From the NCBI RefSeq assembly GCF_964204645.1, contig NC_134032.1:7490275-7554274 (forward strand): DNA of 64,000 nucleotides, read 5' to 3'. Made by a program: the position numbers and the translations under genes. Of the stretch, positions 63,923-64,000 are shown in pieces. The stretch's first letter is position 1. Each line of letters starts with the position of its first letter. Origin of the DNA: Tubulanus polymorphus (lineage: Eukaryota; Animalia; Nemertea). The notes below the pieces were generated by a model. It made no database searches, had not been told where the DNA came from, and saw only the letters and a list, made by a program, of their open reading frames with translations.

Positions 63923-64000
63923 CGAGATCCGGCTGTGACGTCACATCAACAACATCTGATGACGTCACATTAAGCCTGACGATGCCTACAGAATGTAGGT

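Larger units (their letters stand above)
61520..64000 (+). mobile_element. Penelope-like retroelement (Poseidon-type), 5'-truncated, with an inverted pLTR
   Basis: RT + GIY-YIG ORF; 61572-61659 is the exact reverse complement of 63913-64000. Confidence 0.95.

Overview
AT-rich, intron-containing, transposon-dense eukaryotic DNA, most consistent with an invertebrate animal. Host-type genes: a six-exon matrin/U1-type zinc-finger gene (ZNF385/ZMAT/ZNF346-like; 24433-37322, +, reconstructed by splice phase) and an intronless class-A GPCR (50031-51137). The left end (1-6177) is a Polinton/Maverick (adintovirus)-like cassette: a frameshifted pPolB with zinc-finger, vOTU-like and HNH modules, a minor capsid-like gene and small ORFs, all starting at TAAA(A)TG. 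It is capped by a ~400-bp hairpin whose point mismatches are all G.T on one strand. A second, diverged pPolB relic lies at 40409-42550. Penelope-type material occurs three times, each with a minimal hammerhead ribozyme: a near-intact RT/GIY-YIG element with an inverted pLTR (61.5-64 kb), a 211-bp perfect palindrome with two ribozymes and a 13-bp TSD inside a zinc-finger gene intron (33.6 kb), and a solo ribozyme (39.4 kb). The rest comprises 30-bp and ~61-bp tandem arrays, relics of Sola2-like and hAT transposases, DIRS gag, CR1/L2 LINEs and a HECT gene, and many non-autonomous elements (P-like, MULE, Harbinger, piggyBac, Tc1/pogo, Helentron/DINE-like, tRNA-SINEs). Family names come from motif recognition only; no searches were run.
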